32,000 nucleotides of DNA from Candidatus Electronema halotolerans (GCA_942493095.1 OW818675.1:1860001-1892000); one strand, 5' to 3'. Numbered from the stretch's first letter, positions 1 through 9,300 are shown. Translations and numbers: made by a program. Notes: generated from the letters alone by a model not told the origin.

Positions 1-1
1 T

Positions 2-1213
2 TCAGCCTGCTCGCAGCACATTGACGACCGCCTGCCTCATTTCCGGGCGCATGGGATTGAGCCGATTCTACTCACCGGCCCGGCAGGGCGGAAATCCACG
101 CACTGGCAGCATCACCGCGCCCTGAGCATTGCGCCCTCTGGCATCCGCTTTGAGCTGCGCCATTTTCTCCGCCGTCATCTTCATAAACGCTGGCAGTTCA
201 AGACCGTGGAGACTCTGCTCCTCCTGCCGGTCCTGCCGTTCTATCTGCTGGAAAAAATCATTGTTAATCTGGAAAGCGAATGGTCGTGGTGCCTGCTTGC
301 CTCGCTGCGCGGCCTGCTCCTCTGCCGCCGCCTCCAGCCGGAAATGCTCTACTCCACAGGCGGTTCCGCTTCCGCCCATCTGGCCGCCCTGCTGATCAAA
401 AAATGGACCGGCACCAGCTGGGTGGCCGAAACCCAAGATCCGCTTGTGCATGATGAGGACTGGAGCCGCAGCCGGTTGGTCCTGCTGCTCTATAAAAATC
501 TGGAGCAACGGATTTGCCGACAGGCCGACTTGTTTGTCTTTCTGGTCCGGGCGGCAATGGAACATTGTCAGCAACGGACTGGAAGCTGCCAGGCAGCCAC
601 GGTCTATCCAGGGGCGGAGCTGTCTTGGTTTGGCCAGACCCAATATGTCAAAGGCGAACGCTGCCGCTTTGCTCATTTCGGCTCCTTGGCCGGAACCAGA
701 AATTTATCAGTCTTTTTTCAAGCCTTGGAGCAGGTGGTCAGCCGCAGGCCGGAGCTGCGCAGGCTTGTCCGGGTTGAGGTTTATGGCTCCTTTGACAGCC
801 TGTCTGCGTGGGAAATGAAACGGCTGCGCCTGTACGATCTTGCTGCCGTGCATGGCCCGGTGCCGAGGCAGGAAGCGGTCGCCAAGATGCAGCAGGCTGA
901 CTGCCTTCTGCTGATCCAGAACACTATTTATTTTTCCTGCGAGACCATTCCTTCCAAGGTCTATGAGTATCTGCTCACAGGCCGTCCGCTCCTCGGCCTC
1001 CTGCATCACAATCAGGAGCTGGAGGTCATGCTGACTGAAGACGGGCACCGGATTGTACCTGCGGATGACGTGCAGGCAACTGCGGCAGCCATTGAAGCTG
1101 TGCTGGATGACTGGGCTGCTGACCGGCTGCCAAGCAAAGCGGCAGTCAAGACGTGGACTGTTGCCGAGGCGGTGCAAAGGCTGCTTTGTCTGACTGAGCA
1201 CAGATGCAGTTAG
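2..1213 (+). CDS. glycosyltransferase family 4-like protein, 5'-truncated by window edge
   Basis: Frame 2 is open from base 2 (SACSQHIDDRLPHFRAHGIEPILLTGPAGRKS...) into the 206..1213 ORF; GT4-like motifs TGTSWVAETQDPL and IPSKVYEYLLTGRPLLGLL; overlaps the start of the next gene. Confidence 0.75.
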   Translation, partial: SACSQHIDDRLPHFRAHGIEPILLTGPAGRKSTHWQHHRALSIAPSGIRFELRHFLRRHLHKRWQFKTVETLLLLPVLPFYLLEKIIVNLESEWSWCLLASLRGLLLCRRLQPEMLYSTGGSASAHLAALLIKKWTGTSWVAETQDPLVHDEDWSRSRLVLLLYKNLEQRICRQADLFVFLVRAAMEHCQQRTGSCQAATVYPGAELSWFGQTQYVKGERCRFAHFGSLAGTRNLSVFFQALEQVVSRRPELRRLVRVEVYGSFDSLSAWEMKRLRLYDLAAVHGPVPRQEAVAKMQQADCLLLIQNTIYFSCETIPSKVYEYLLTGRPLLGLLHHNQELEVMLTEDGHRIVPADDVQATAAAIEAVLDDWAADRLPSKAAVKTWTVAEAVQRLLCLTEHRCS

Positions 1214-2271
1214 CCCAGAGCCGCATTCTGATTGTCAAACCCAGCTCGCTTGGTGACATTGTTCACACTCTGCCTGTGGTTCATGCCATCAAGCGCAGCC
1301 TTCCTGATTGCTGCATCGGCTGGATTGTTCAGCAGACGTTCGCCCCGCTGCTGGCGGCAGATGCAAGCATCAATCAGCTTTACCCAATTCAGATACCATC
1401 GACCAGCGAGCCGCAGGCAGGCCGTTTTGCTTGGCAGGCAGCCTTGCGGGCCACGCTGCATACGCTGAAGAAACTCCGGGCGCAGTTCCGGCAGGAGCCG
1501 TATGATTTTGTCCTTGATCTGCACGCCTCTTTCCGCAGCGGCCTGCTGGGACGCTGCAATCCCGGCGGCCTGCGCATCGGTTTCCGTGATGCCAAGGAAT
1601 TGAACACCTTGTTTCAGAATCAGCTCGTGGCCGTGCCAAAGACAGTGCAGCATGCGCAGGCGAAAAATTTGCTCTTTTGTGAGCAGCTCGGCATCAGTCC
1701 GGCAGACGAAGATTTTCATCTCCGCTGCCGCGAAGAAGACCAATCGGCGGCGCAGACCTTTTTGCGCGAACAAGGCGCAGCAGATAAACAAATCATCTAT
1801 GCCAATCCGGCAGCCCGCTGGCAGACGAAATTTTGGCCTGTCGAAAATTGGGCCGCGCTGGCTGATCACTTTGCCGCCCAAGGCAAGGTGCTGATCTTTG
1901 GCGGCAGCGATAAAGAGGCAGAGTATATCGCCGCCATTGCCCGCCTGATGCGCAGCCAGCCAGTGATTGCCGCTGGCCGCCTGAATCTGGCTCAATCCGC
2001 CGCTTTGATCAACAAAGCTGCTCTCTATATCGGCTTGGATTCCGGGCCGATGCACATCGCGGCCTTGGCCGGAGTGCCGGTCGTGGCCTTGTTTGGCCCC
2101 ACCCACCCGGAGCGGGTCGGGCCGTGGCGGGTGCGGCACCGGATTGTCAGAGCTGAAGGCTTGGCCTGCTTGGCCTGCCGCAAGCGGCATTGCGGCCATC
2201 TCTCCTGCATGAAAGGCATTTCTGTGCAAGCAGTTGCTGAGTCAGCCCTTGAGCTGCTGGCGGACTCATGA
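1204..2271 (+). CDS. glycosyltransferase family 9 / lipopolysaccharide heptosyltransferase
   Basis: N-terminus ILIVKPSSLGDIVHTLPVVHAIKRSLPDCCIGWIV and C-terminal GLDSGPMHIAALAGVPVVALFGPTHPERVGPW are typical of WaaC/WaaF-type heptosyltransferases. Confidence 0.92.
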   Translation: MQLAQSRILIVKPSSLGDIVHTLPVVHAIKRSLPDCCIGWIVQQTFAPLLAADASINQLYPIQIPSTSEPQAGRFAWQAALRATLHTLKKLRAQFRQEPYDFVLDLHASFRSGLLGRCNPGGLRIGFRDAKELNTLFQNQLVAVPKTVQHAQAKNLLFCEQLGISPADEDFHLRCREEDQSAAQTFLREQGAADKQIIYANPAARWQTKFWPVENWAALADHFAAQGKVLIFGGSDKEAEYIAAIARLMRSQPVIAAGRLNLAQSAALINKAALYIGLDSGPMHIAALAGVPVVALFGPTHPERVGPWRVRHRIVRAEGLACLACRKRHCGHLSCMKGISVQAVAESALELLADS

Positions 2272-3059
2272 ACATCAGTCTGATCATCACCACCTACAAT
2301 TGGAAGGAAGCCTTGGGCTTGGCCCTGAAAAGCGCGCTCCAGCAGACCCGGCTGCCGCTGGAAATCATCATTGCAGATGACGGCTCCCGGCCTGACACCG
2401 GCGAGCTGATTTGCCGCATTGCCGCGACCGCGCCAGTGCCGGTGCTTCATTCTTGGCAGGAGGACAAGGGCTTCCGTTTGGCTGCCAGCCGCAACAAGGC
2501 CTTGGCCAAGACGCATGGGGACTACATCATTCTCATTGACGGCGACATCATCTTGGAGCGGCATTTTCTTTATGATCATGCCCGCTTTGCCAAGCCCGGC
2601 AGCTTTGTCCAAGGAACACGGGTCCTGCTGGGCGAGCAGTTGAGCCGGGAGGTGCTGGCTGGACGGAAAAATCTGCGTGAGCCGATCTGCCGCCGGGGCG
2701 TGGAGAACCGGAAAAACTGCCTGCGCTCAGACATTCTCTGCCGTCTTTTTTCCTACCGGGATTGGAGCATGAGCGGAGTGCGCACCTGCAATTTCGCCTT
2801 CTGGCGCAGCGACGCGCTGGCCGTGAACGGTTTTAATGAGGATTTTGTCGGCTGGGGCCGGGAGGACTCAGAATTCACCGCCCGGCTGCTCAACTGCGGC
2901 CTTGTCCGCCGGAACATCAAGTTCAATGCCTTGGCCTACCATCTCTATCATCCCCGCAACGACCGCAGTCATCTTGAGGACAACAATCAGCTGCTCAAGA
3001 ATACTATTGACAACAAGCTGATCTGGTGCGAGAAAGGGGTGAGCAGTCATCTTTCTTGA
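2268..3059 (+). CDS. glycosyltransferase family 2
   Basis: MNISLIITTYNWKEALGLALKSALQQTRLPLEIIIADDGS; HGDYIILIDGDIILE; FNEDFVGWGREDSEFTARL (galactosyltransferase-like C-terminus). Start overlaps the upstream stop by 4 nt. Confidence 0.92.
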   Translation: MNISLIITTYNWKEALGLALKSALQQTRLPLEIIIADDGSRPDTGELICRIAATAPVPVLHSWQEDKGFRLAASRNKALAKTHGDYIILIDGDIILERHFLYDHARFAKPGSFVQGTRVLLGEQLSREVLAGRKNLREPICRRGVENRKNCLRSDILCRLFSYRDWSMSGVRTCNFAFWRSDALAVNGFNEDFVGWGREDSEFTARLLNCGLVRRNIKFNALAYHLYHPRNDRSHLEDNNQLLKNTIDNKLIWCEKGVSSHLS

Positions 3060-3152
3060 AGCTGATTTTGCTGTTTTCCCCTTGATGTCTCATGGGCGGA
3101 TGAAATATCTTGAGCAAAAGACATCCTTCTGAACTGAATAACCCCTCCTGAA

Positions 3153-4331
3153 TTGATGAAAAAAATCTCAGCCGCAGTGCTTCTGGTGCGCGTTGTGCTT
3201 TGCCTGCTGATTCTTGCCGCTGGCGTTGCAGGCATGAAACGGCTCAATGCTATGAAAAAGCCGCCTGTGCAGGTGGAGCAGCAGGAACGCGCCCTGCCTG
3301 TGCAAGTGCTGCGGGCGCAGACGGAAAGCGTGCCTGTGATCATTTCCGGGTATGGCGAAGTTGCCGCCCGCTCGGTCATCACTTTGCCTGCCGAAGTTTC
3401 TGGACGGATCACGACGGCTTATAAAAATCTCCATGTTGGCGCGGTGATCCAGCAGGGAGAAGTGCTCTACATGATCAATGATCAGGATTACCGCTTGGAG
3501 TTGGACAGCGCGCAGGCCCGTCTGAAAAGTCTGGCCCGCGACCTTGAGCTGACCCGCAAGGAACAGGCCCGCCTCAGCGGTCTGTATCAGAAAAATATCG
3601 GCAGCCAGTCGAATGTTGAGCAGGCGGAGCGGGCGGTCAACGCCATTCAAACCCAGATCATCCAGTTGGAGCAGGCCCAGAAGCAGGCCAAGCTGCATCT
3701 TGCCCGCTGTCTGATCCGTGCGCCATTCACCGGGCGAATCACCGAGCTGTTTGCCGAGCAGGATGAATACGTGACTCCGGGCAAGAACTTGGTCACGCTG
3801 ACAAATGACAGCGATCTTGAGGCGCAGGTGCCTTTGGACAGCCGCGAGGCCCTGAAATGGCTTCGTTTTCAGCAGAGTCAGGACGGTTCTTGGTTTGGCA
3901 GGCCGGAAAAGACCGCCTGCACCGTGACATGGACAGAGAATGCGGCAGTGCAGGCTGAGGGCAGCGTTGATCGGGCGGTTCGTTTTGATGCCAAGACCAG
4001 AAGCGTAGTTCTTGCAATCCGTATTAAACCGAAAAAAGGCGCAGCTATTCCACTGACCCAAGGCATGTTCTGCCGGGTTGACATTCAGGGCCATGCCATC
4101 AAGCGGGCCGTTGTCCTGCCCCGGCAGGCAGTGAGTTTTGAGAACACGGTTTATGTGGTCAAGGAAAATCGGCTGCAGACCCGCCCAGTGGAGGTGGCGA
4201 GAGTCCAAAACGGCAAGGCCATTGTAGTCAGCGGCTTGCAGGAAGGCGAGCAGGTGATTGTCACCCGGTTGGAAAATCCGCCAGAAAATTCATTGGTGCA
4301 GATTCAGAATCGAGATGCTGGATTCAAGTGA
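3153..4331 (+). CDS. efflux RND transporter periplasmic adaptor subunit (HlyD/AcrA family)
   Basis: N-terminal TM/signal, VPVIISGYGEVAARSVITLPAEVSGRI, biotinyl-lipoyl-like half motifs (GAVIQQGEVLYMI), coiled-coil hairpin, RAPFTGRITELFAEQDEYVTPGKNLVTL. Confidence 0.9.
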   Translation: MMKKISAAVLLVRVVLCLLILAAGVAGMKRLNAMKKPPVQVEQQERALPVQVLRAQTESVPVIISGYGEVAARSVITLPAEVSGRITTAYKNLHVGAVIQQGEVLYMINDQDYRLELDSAQARLKSLARDLELTRKEQARLSGLYQKNIGSQSNVEQAERAVNAIQTQIIQLEQAQKQAKLHLARCLIRAPFTGRITELFAEQDEYVTPGKNLVTLTNDSDLEAQVPLDSREALKWLRFQQSQDGSWFGRPEKTACTVTWTENAAVQAEGSVDRAVRFDAKTRSVVLAIRIKPKKGAAIPLTQGMFCRVDIQGHAIKRAVVLPRQAVSFENTVYVVKENRLQTRPVEVARVQNGKAIVVSGLQEGEQVIVTRLENPPENSLVQIQNRDAGFK

Positions 4332-4475
4332 GTGCATAACTCGTGATTTTTCTATCAACAAAATTGAGCACCTGAAAATCAAAACGAAGATGAATCACTT
4401 CGCCCTGAAGTCCACGCTCTATCTGAAAGCCGTTCGCTCGGCTTTTAATCTACAGCAACTTCAGGCTGCGTAGCA

Positions 4476-4770
4476 TCAGTTATTCAAATCATCCGGCAAG
4501 GCATCCGCAACGCCGTCACTGTCCGTATCCCTGCTCGTCAACCAAACAGGCCATGTTGTCGCCCTGAAAAACAATGGTCGCAGAGCGGCTGCCAAATTCA
4601 TCAGTGACCTGCGTGCTTGTATGCGTGACCACTGTTGCAGGATTGCCGTCAAAGGTGACTTTGCTCTTGACCGAAGCTTCAGCCAGCATCTGCCGCTGCG
4701 GCGGCAGCAGTTGCGCTTCTTCAGCATATTTCTTACCGCAGTCTGTCGTTTTTCTTTGACAAAAACAGGA
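4476..4770 (-). pseudogene. frameshifted remnant of a larger (probably secreted) protein
   Basis: Minus-strand frame reads RKTTDCGKKYAEEAQLLPPQRQMLAEASVKSKVTFDGNPATVVTHTSTQVTDEFGSRSATIVFQGDNMACLVDEQGYGQ*; the adjacent frame continues as RDTDSDGVADALPDDLNN* ending at 4476. A single frameshift near 4520-4540 plus loss of the 5' part would explain both. Confidence 0.55.
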
Positions 4771-4854
4771 AGTCGGCTATAGTGCGATTCTGTTGAGAAA
4801 GGCGGGTGCAATGTCCGCCATTTCTGTTTTTTATCTGCTTTGGATATCCTTGAA

Positions 4855-7227
4855 ATGAAAAAGATTCTCTCTCTTGCCTTGGCTGCGTCGCTCACGTCAA
4901 TTTTCTGCCCGCAGAGCAGCGCGTGGAGCAAGTCATCCTTGCTCTTGCAGATTCCAGCGATTTTGGCGAAGCCGCAAGGCGGAACCACAACGGTCAACGA
5001 CAATGTGACGGTCATTGATGAAAACAGCGCGGCTGAGATTGTCAGCTCGAATACCAGCGCGGAAGGAGACACAGAGCTTCAGTTATCTGGCAATTTGGCA
5101 AGTTCCACGCAGGACGGTTCCATTTTGTATTTGCTTTCCGGCGCGGATGACCGTTTTCCTTTTGGCATTGCTGGCAAAGTGGTCAGCACAACCAGCAATG
5201 CTGATGGAACAAAGACTGTTGTTTTGGGTGAAGCGACCTATGCGGACATCGTCAAAGAGGCATCTTTTAATCTGGACAACATCGTCTTGGATGCAAGCAA
5301 TTTTGTTGGCGTGATTGCTCCGGCTGCTGTTGAGGCGGCATCGCCAATGTCGGCAGCATTGGCAAAAAGCGTATCTGATGGCAGTGTTTATTCGTTCCGT
5401 GATGGTGCGGTTGTGGTCAGGCGGACTGTGGATAAAAGCAGGGCGATGTCTTCCGCATCGGAAAGCGGAACAATAGATGCTGGCACTGTGTCGCTTAATA
5501 TGAAGGTCGATCTTGGAAAAATTATTGACGGAGTTGAAGCAAGTACGATGAAACCGATCAACATTAACACTCCTGTTGGCTTTGTAATAAGCGGCTCCTT
5601 AAAAAATATTAAGATTACTAATGAGAATGAGTTCTCACTTCTTAAAGGCGGATTGAAATATCTCAATTTGCGTTTGGATGGTGATCTTGATTTTGACGTG
5701 AAATTTAACGGCAAGGGAGCGGTGAAGTTCGGCTATTTTTCCCAAGCATGGAATGAAGTAAAAGATGAGTCTTTTAAAATGCTTGGTGTCAAAGCAAAAC
5801 TTAATGGGCTGTCGTCAGATGACAAAATAGGTAAATATCCTCTTGCCGGTTTGGTTTGGTCGGTGCCATGTCCAGAGACTTGCCCTGTGCTGACAGGAAA
5901 AACTCAAACACCATTGCGGCAGGCTAAAGCATTGGGTGTCATTGTTTGGTTGTATCTAACAGCAGAAGGAGAATTCTCACTTGATGGAAATTTTACTCTC
6001 GCGCATCTGACTCCAGCCGGTTTGTCTGTTGGCATCAAGAAAACTTATGGAAATGATTTTAACATAATAAATTCATTAACAAAAAAGAGTGCTTCTGATT
6101 GTCTTATAGAGTCCCCTGAACTTGATGGAAAGGCTGGTTTGCAAGTTAAAGCTGGAATTACAACAGATTTAGATTTTCTTGCAGGTGGTGTACGAATTGC
6201 AAATGCTGGCATGGATGTCGTAGGCCTTTTTAAGGCGCAAGCAACTGGGAAAGCTGGCTATTGCATTAACAATCTTGGCGAATCAGGGAGCTGGAACGGT
6301 GAAATTTGTTTTTCAGGAGGCTTGGGAGCTGGTCTTATAGCTCGCGCTGCGGCAAAGGTTGGCATTGAGATTGATACTACGTGGAAAGATGTGTCTCTTA
6401 ACTTGGAATATTCAAAGCAAACTCCTGCTAAAGAAGATATTGATAAAGAGGGCAGGCACGGGCTGTGGTATTATAAATCTTTCACCTTGTTGTCAACATT
6501 AAATGACACCGGCATAACGTGGAGTGGCAATTATGAGTCCGGGAACAACACGGCCTGCATTGCTTCAAGCACCCCGGACGGCGACAACGTGGTTGCTGCG
6601 CAAGACTGCTCGCATGGACGGGATGCAACCCATAATGACGACAGTGACGGCGATGCCGGATTCAGTTACACCAAATTGAACAGCGATGGCAAACCGTTAG
6701 CTAATCAAAATGCGGATTACGCAACCACGCCTTGGGCCTGTGTGAAGGACAATGTTACCGGTCTGATTTGGGAGGTAAAAACTGATGACGGCGGTCTGCA
6801 TGATAAGGATGATGAATATACTTGGTACAATACTGACCCAAAAACCAATGGCGGCTCAAATGGTTATGATGCTGGAGATAACTGTTACGGATATGACAGC
6901 AGTGATTCGTCCACCTTCTGCAATACCCAAGCCTATGTGAACCGGGTGAATGCGGCAGGCTGGTGTGGGGCCTCTGATTGGCGGATGCCGACACGCAAAG
7001 AGCTGGAGAATCTTGTTCATCATGGCCGCATCGACCCAGCAATAGACATCGACTATTTTCCCAATACGAGGAGTTGGTATTATTGGTCTGGGGTGCCGAA
7101 TGCTTACGATAGGGATGGTCAAGAAAGAGTGTGGACAGGTGATTTCGTCGACGGCGATGGAGGCACCTTTAACCGCTTTGTTGACCTTCCGGTTCGGTTA
7201 GTACACAACGGACAGTGCAATAAATAA
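4855..7227 (+). CDS. secreted protein with C-terminal DUF1566/Lcl_C domain
   Basis: Signal peptide MKKILSLALAASLTSIFCPQSSAWS at ATG 4855 (the ORF track begins at an upstream TTG, 4840). C-terminus DNVTGLIWEVKTDDGG...WCGASDWRMPTRKELENLVHHGR...YYWSGV...FVDLPVRLV is the DUF1566 signature; the middle region is unassigned. Confidence 0.85.
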   Translation: MKKILSLALAASLTSIFCPQSSAWSKSSLLLQIPAILAKPQGGTTTVNDNVTVIDENSAAEIVSSNTSAEGDTELQLSGNLASSTQDGSILYLLSGADDRFPFGIAGKVVSTTSNADGTKTVVLGEATYADIVKEASFNLDNIVLDASNFVGVIAPAAVEAASPMSAALAKSVSDGSVYSFRDGAVVVRRTVDKSRAMSSASESGTIDAGTVSLNMKVDLGKIIDGVEASTMKPININTPVGFVISGSLKNIKITNENEFSLLKGGLKYLNLRLDGDLDFDVKFNGKGAVKFGYFSQAWNEVKDESFKMLGVKAKLNGLSSDDKIGKYPLAGLVWSVPCPETCPVLTGKTQTPLRQAKALGVIVWLYLTAEGEFSLDGNFTLAHLTPAGLSVGIKKTYGNDFNIINSLTKKSASDCLIESPELDGKAGLQVKAGITTDLDFLAGGVRIANAGMDVVGLFKAQATGKAGYCINNLGESGSWNGEICFSGGLGAGLIARAAAKVGIEIDTTWKDVSLNLEYSKQTPAKEDIDKEGRHGLWYYKSFTLLSTLNDTGITWSGNYESGNNTACIASSTPDGDNVVAAQDCSHGRDATHNDDSDGDAGFSYTKLNSDGKPLANQNADYATTPWACVKDNVTGLIWEVKTDDGGLHDKDDEYTWYNTDPKTNGGSNGYDAGDNCYGYDSSDSSTFCNTQAYVNRVNAAGWCGASDWRMPTRKELENLVHHGRIDPAIDIDYFPNTRSWYYWSGVPNAYDRDGQERVWTGDFVDGDGGTFNRFVDLPVRLVHNGQCNK

Positions 7228-7347
7228 TTTTTTGCCTTGATATGAGGAACACGGACAATTTTAACGGCAGCAGGATGTTCATGAGATATTCTGCGAAAAC
7301 CGCAACCATTATAGTAGCGAAAAAATTCTCGCAACTACCGACTTTCA

Positions 7348-7899
7348 TTGACTATGAAAATATATTTCCTGCTGCTCTGCTGCATCTTGCCAACAGCAAG
7401 CGTTCATGCCGAACAAATTTGCAAGCCTGATTCCATTCCCGCCTCAACCCCGGACAGCCAGCTTGTTGACAACGGCGACGGCACTGTCACGGACAGCGCA
7501 ACTGGCTTGATGTGGAAAAAATGTCTTGAAGGCCTTTCCGGGAATAATTGCGGAGACGGTTTTGAAGATTCCTTCACATGGCAGCAAGCTCTCCAAAAGC
7601 CCGATGCCGTCAATAATTCAGGAGGATTTGCAGGTTATAGAGACTGGAGATTGCCCAATATCAATGAACTTGTTTCTCTTGTTGAGGAGCAATGCAGTCT
7701 CCCCGCAATCAATCTGAACCTTTTTCCCAACACGCCAAGTTGGTATGTCTGGTCCGGGTCGCCGCATGCCCACAACTCAATCGCATGGAGCGTTAATTTT
7801 TTGGATGGCACTTCCGAGGGCTACAGCCGTAACATTCGCCACCCCGCAGTTCGGTTGGTGCGTGCGGCGGGAATTGAACAATCACGGAATTGTTTTTGA
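7348..7899 (+). CDS. secreted DUF1566/Lcl_C domain protein
   Basis: Signal peptide, then DNGDGTVTDSATGLMWKKCLEG...GYRDWRLPNINELVSLVEEQC...WYVWSGSPHAHNSIAWSVNFLDGTSEGYSRNIRHPAVRLVR. Confidence 0.88.
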   Translation: MTMKIYFLLLCCILPTASVHAEQICKPDSIPASTPDSQLVDNGDGTVTDSATGLMWKKCLEGLSGNNCGDGFEDSFTWQQALQKPDAVNNSGGFAGYRDWRLPNINELVSLVEEQCSLPAINLNLFPNTPSWYVWSGSPHAHNSIAWSVNFLDGTSEGYSRNIRHPAVRLVRAAGIEQSRNCF

Positions 7900-8111
7900 T
7901 GAAAGAGCAATCGTCTTCATTGCTCCGTTCTCAATGACAATTCATAGTCACTTCATGTAGGAAGATATGGGGGAAGCCTCTGTTTCCGCCTGAACGAGAC
8001 GAGATGCGCACCTCCTTACCAGCGGCTTCCGCAGCTAAACTTGCCTTCAGATGTGCAAGGTTGTATTCTTCCAGCAGGAGAAAGATAACACGCAACAGGA
8101 TGGAGGCGGCA

Positions 8112-8312
8112 ATGGCCAAAACAGTCACACTGCGACTTGATGAACAACTGCACAGCAAATGCAGCCGCTTTGCCCAGCGCGACAACCGCACACTGGCAAA
8201 CTTCATTGAAACTGCGGTGCTCCGCTATATTGAAGGGCAGGAGCTGGCAGATGAATTTGAGATGGCTGAAATCAAAGGAAATGAAGAGCTGAATCAAAGC
8301 ATCATCGGATAG
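8112..8312 (+). CDS. CopG/ribbon-helix-helix antitoxin-like protein
   Basis: MAKTVTLRLDEQLHSKCSRFAQRDNRTLANFIETAVLRYIEGQELADEFEMAEIKGNEELNQSIIG; RHH fold pattern. Confidence 0.75.
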   Translation: MAKTVTLRLDEQLHSKCSRFAQRDNRTLANFIETAVLRYIEGQELADEFEMAEIKGNEELNQSIIG

Positions 8313-8401
8313 GCAGATTCAGACTCATCTACACGGTCAGTCAAGAAGAAGAAATTGTTTACATTCTTACCATTGATCACCGGAAAGATGTGTACAGGTA
8401 A
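8312..8401 (+). pseudogene. C-terminal remnant of a RelE/ParE-superfamily toxin
   Basis: Open frame starting on the last base of the antitoxin stop: GRFRLIYTVSQEEEIVYILTIDHRKDVYR*, matching the conserved RelE C-terminus pattern (G-x-x-R-x-I-Y ... V-x-x-x-x-I-x-H-R-x-x-V-Y). No N-terminal toxin part is present. Confidence 0.7.
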
Positions 8402-8541
8402 TGTTCTGTCTTATTCCCAACAGCAGCAGCAGGTGCCTGTGCCTGCCGCTGCGCGTTTGGCTTGGAATCAGCCCGGTTATTGGGTATGATGATCAGGAAT
8501 TTGATTTTTTATGACTGACAACTCTTCACCCGGCCTGACTG

Positions 8542-9300
8542 ATGACCCACGTGACAGCCCTTGCAGGCAAAGGCGGCACCGGCAAGACCACCACAGCCGC
8601 CCTTCTGCTCAAATATCTCACCGCTCATGGCAAGACCCCGGTCTTGGCTGTGGATGCTGATGCCAACGCCAACCTGAACGAGCTGCTTGATCTCAAGATC
8701 AGCACCACCCTCGGCACGATCCGCAAGGAGCTGAAAGGCGATATTCCGCCCGGCATGAGCCGCGATCAGTATATGGAAATGAAAATCCATCAGGCCCTGC
8801 TTGAGGAAAAGGGTTTTGATCTGATGGTCATGGGCCAGCCGGACGGGCCGGGCTGCTACTGCGCCGCCAATCAGTATTTGGCCATGACCATGGACCGGCT
8901 GGCCGACAACTACAAGCACATCATTGTTGACAACGAGGCTGGCATGGAGCATCTCAGCCGCCTCAACCTGCGCCGAATTGATCAGCTCATTATTGTTTCT
9001 GATCCCTCAGCACGGGGCATTCTCACCGCCCGCCGGATTGCTGATCTGACCGGGCCGCTCCAGCTCGACATCCGGGCGCAGCACCTGATCGTCAACCGCG
9101 CTCCTGATCCCATCCCCCCTGCTCTTCAGGAAAAAATTGACGCGGCAGTGACCGAGAGCGGCTTGCGCTTGGCAGGCATCATTCCAGCCAGCGAAGAGCT
9201 GGTCGGCCAGGAACTGAGCGGCGCATCCTATTTGCAGCTCCCGGAAGACTCGAAAATTATCCAGCAGGCGTTCGCTGTCTTTGACCGGATTTTCGGATAA
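8542..9300 (+). CDS. cooC: CooC-like P-loop maturation ATPase (carbon monoxide dehydrogenase accessory protein family)
   Basis: AGKGGTGKTTTAALLLKYL (deviant Walker A), DADANANLNELLD, GPGCYCAAN, YKHIIVDNEAGMEHLSR; characteristic of CooC/MinD-like proteins. Confidence 0.85.
   Translation: MTHVTALAGKGGTGKTTTAALLLKYLTAHGKTPVLAVDADANANLNELLDLKISTTLGTIRKELKGDIPPGMSRDQYMEMKIHQALLEEKGFDLMVMGQPDGPGCYCAANQYLAMTMDRLADNYKHIIVDNEAGMEHLSRLNLRRIDQLIIVSDPSARGILTARRIADLTGPLQLDIRAQHLIVNRAPDPIPPALQEKIDAAVTESGLRLAGIIPASEELVGQELSGASYLQLPEDSKIIQQAFAVFDRIFG

Noticed and set aside
1210-4208. Long antisense ORFs such as 1210..2229 (339 aa) and 3168..4208 (346 aa) on the minus strand
   Set aside because: They lie opposite strongly supported heptosyltransferase and adaptor genes and have low-complexity Arg/His/Gln-rich translations with no recognisable motifs; shadow ORFs of GC-rich coding sequence.
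4404-4465. CCTGAAGT...ACTTCAGG inverted repeat as mobile element ends
   Set aside because: Only 8 bp, no transposase, and no target-site duplication seen.
7931-8206. 91-aa minus-strand ORF near the antitoxin
   Set aside because: Overlaps the supported RHH antitoxin gene on the other strand; the EEYNLAHLKASLAAEAAGKEVRI stretch is suggestive but too short to assign.
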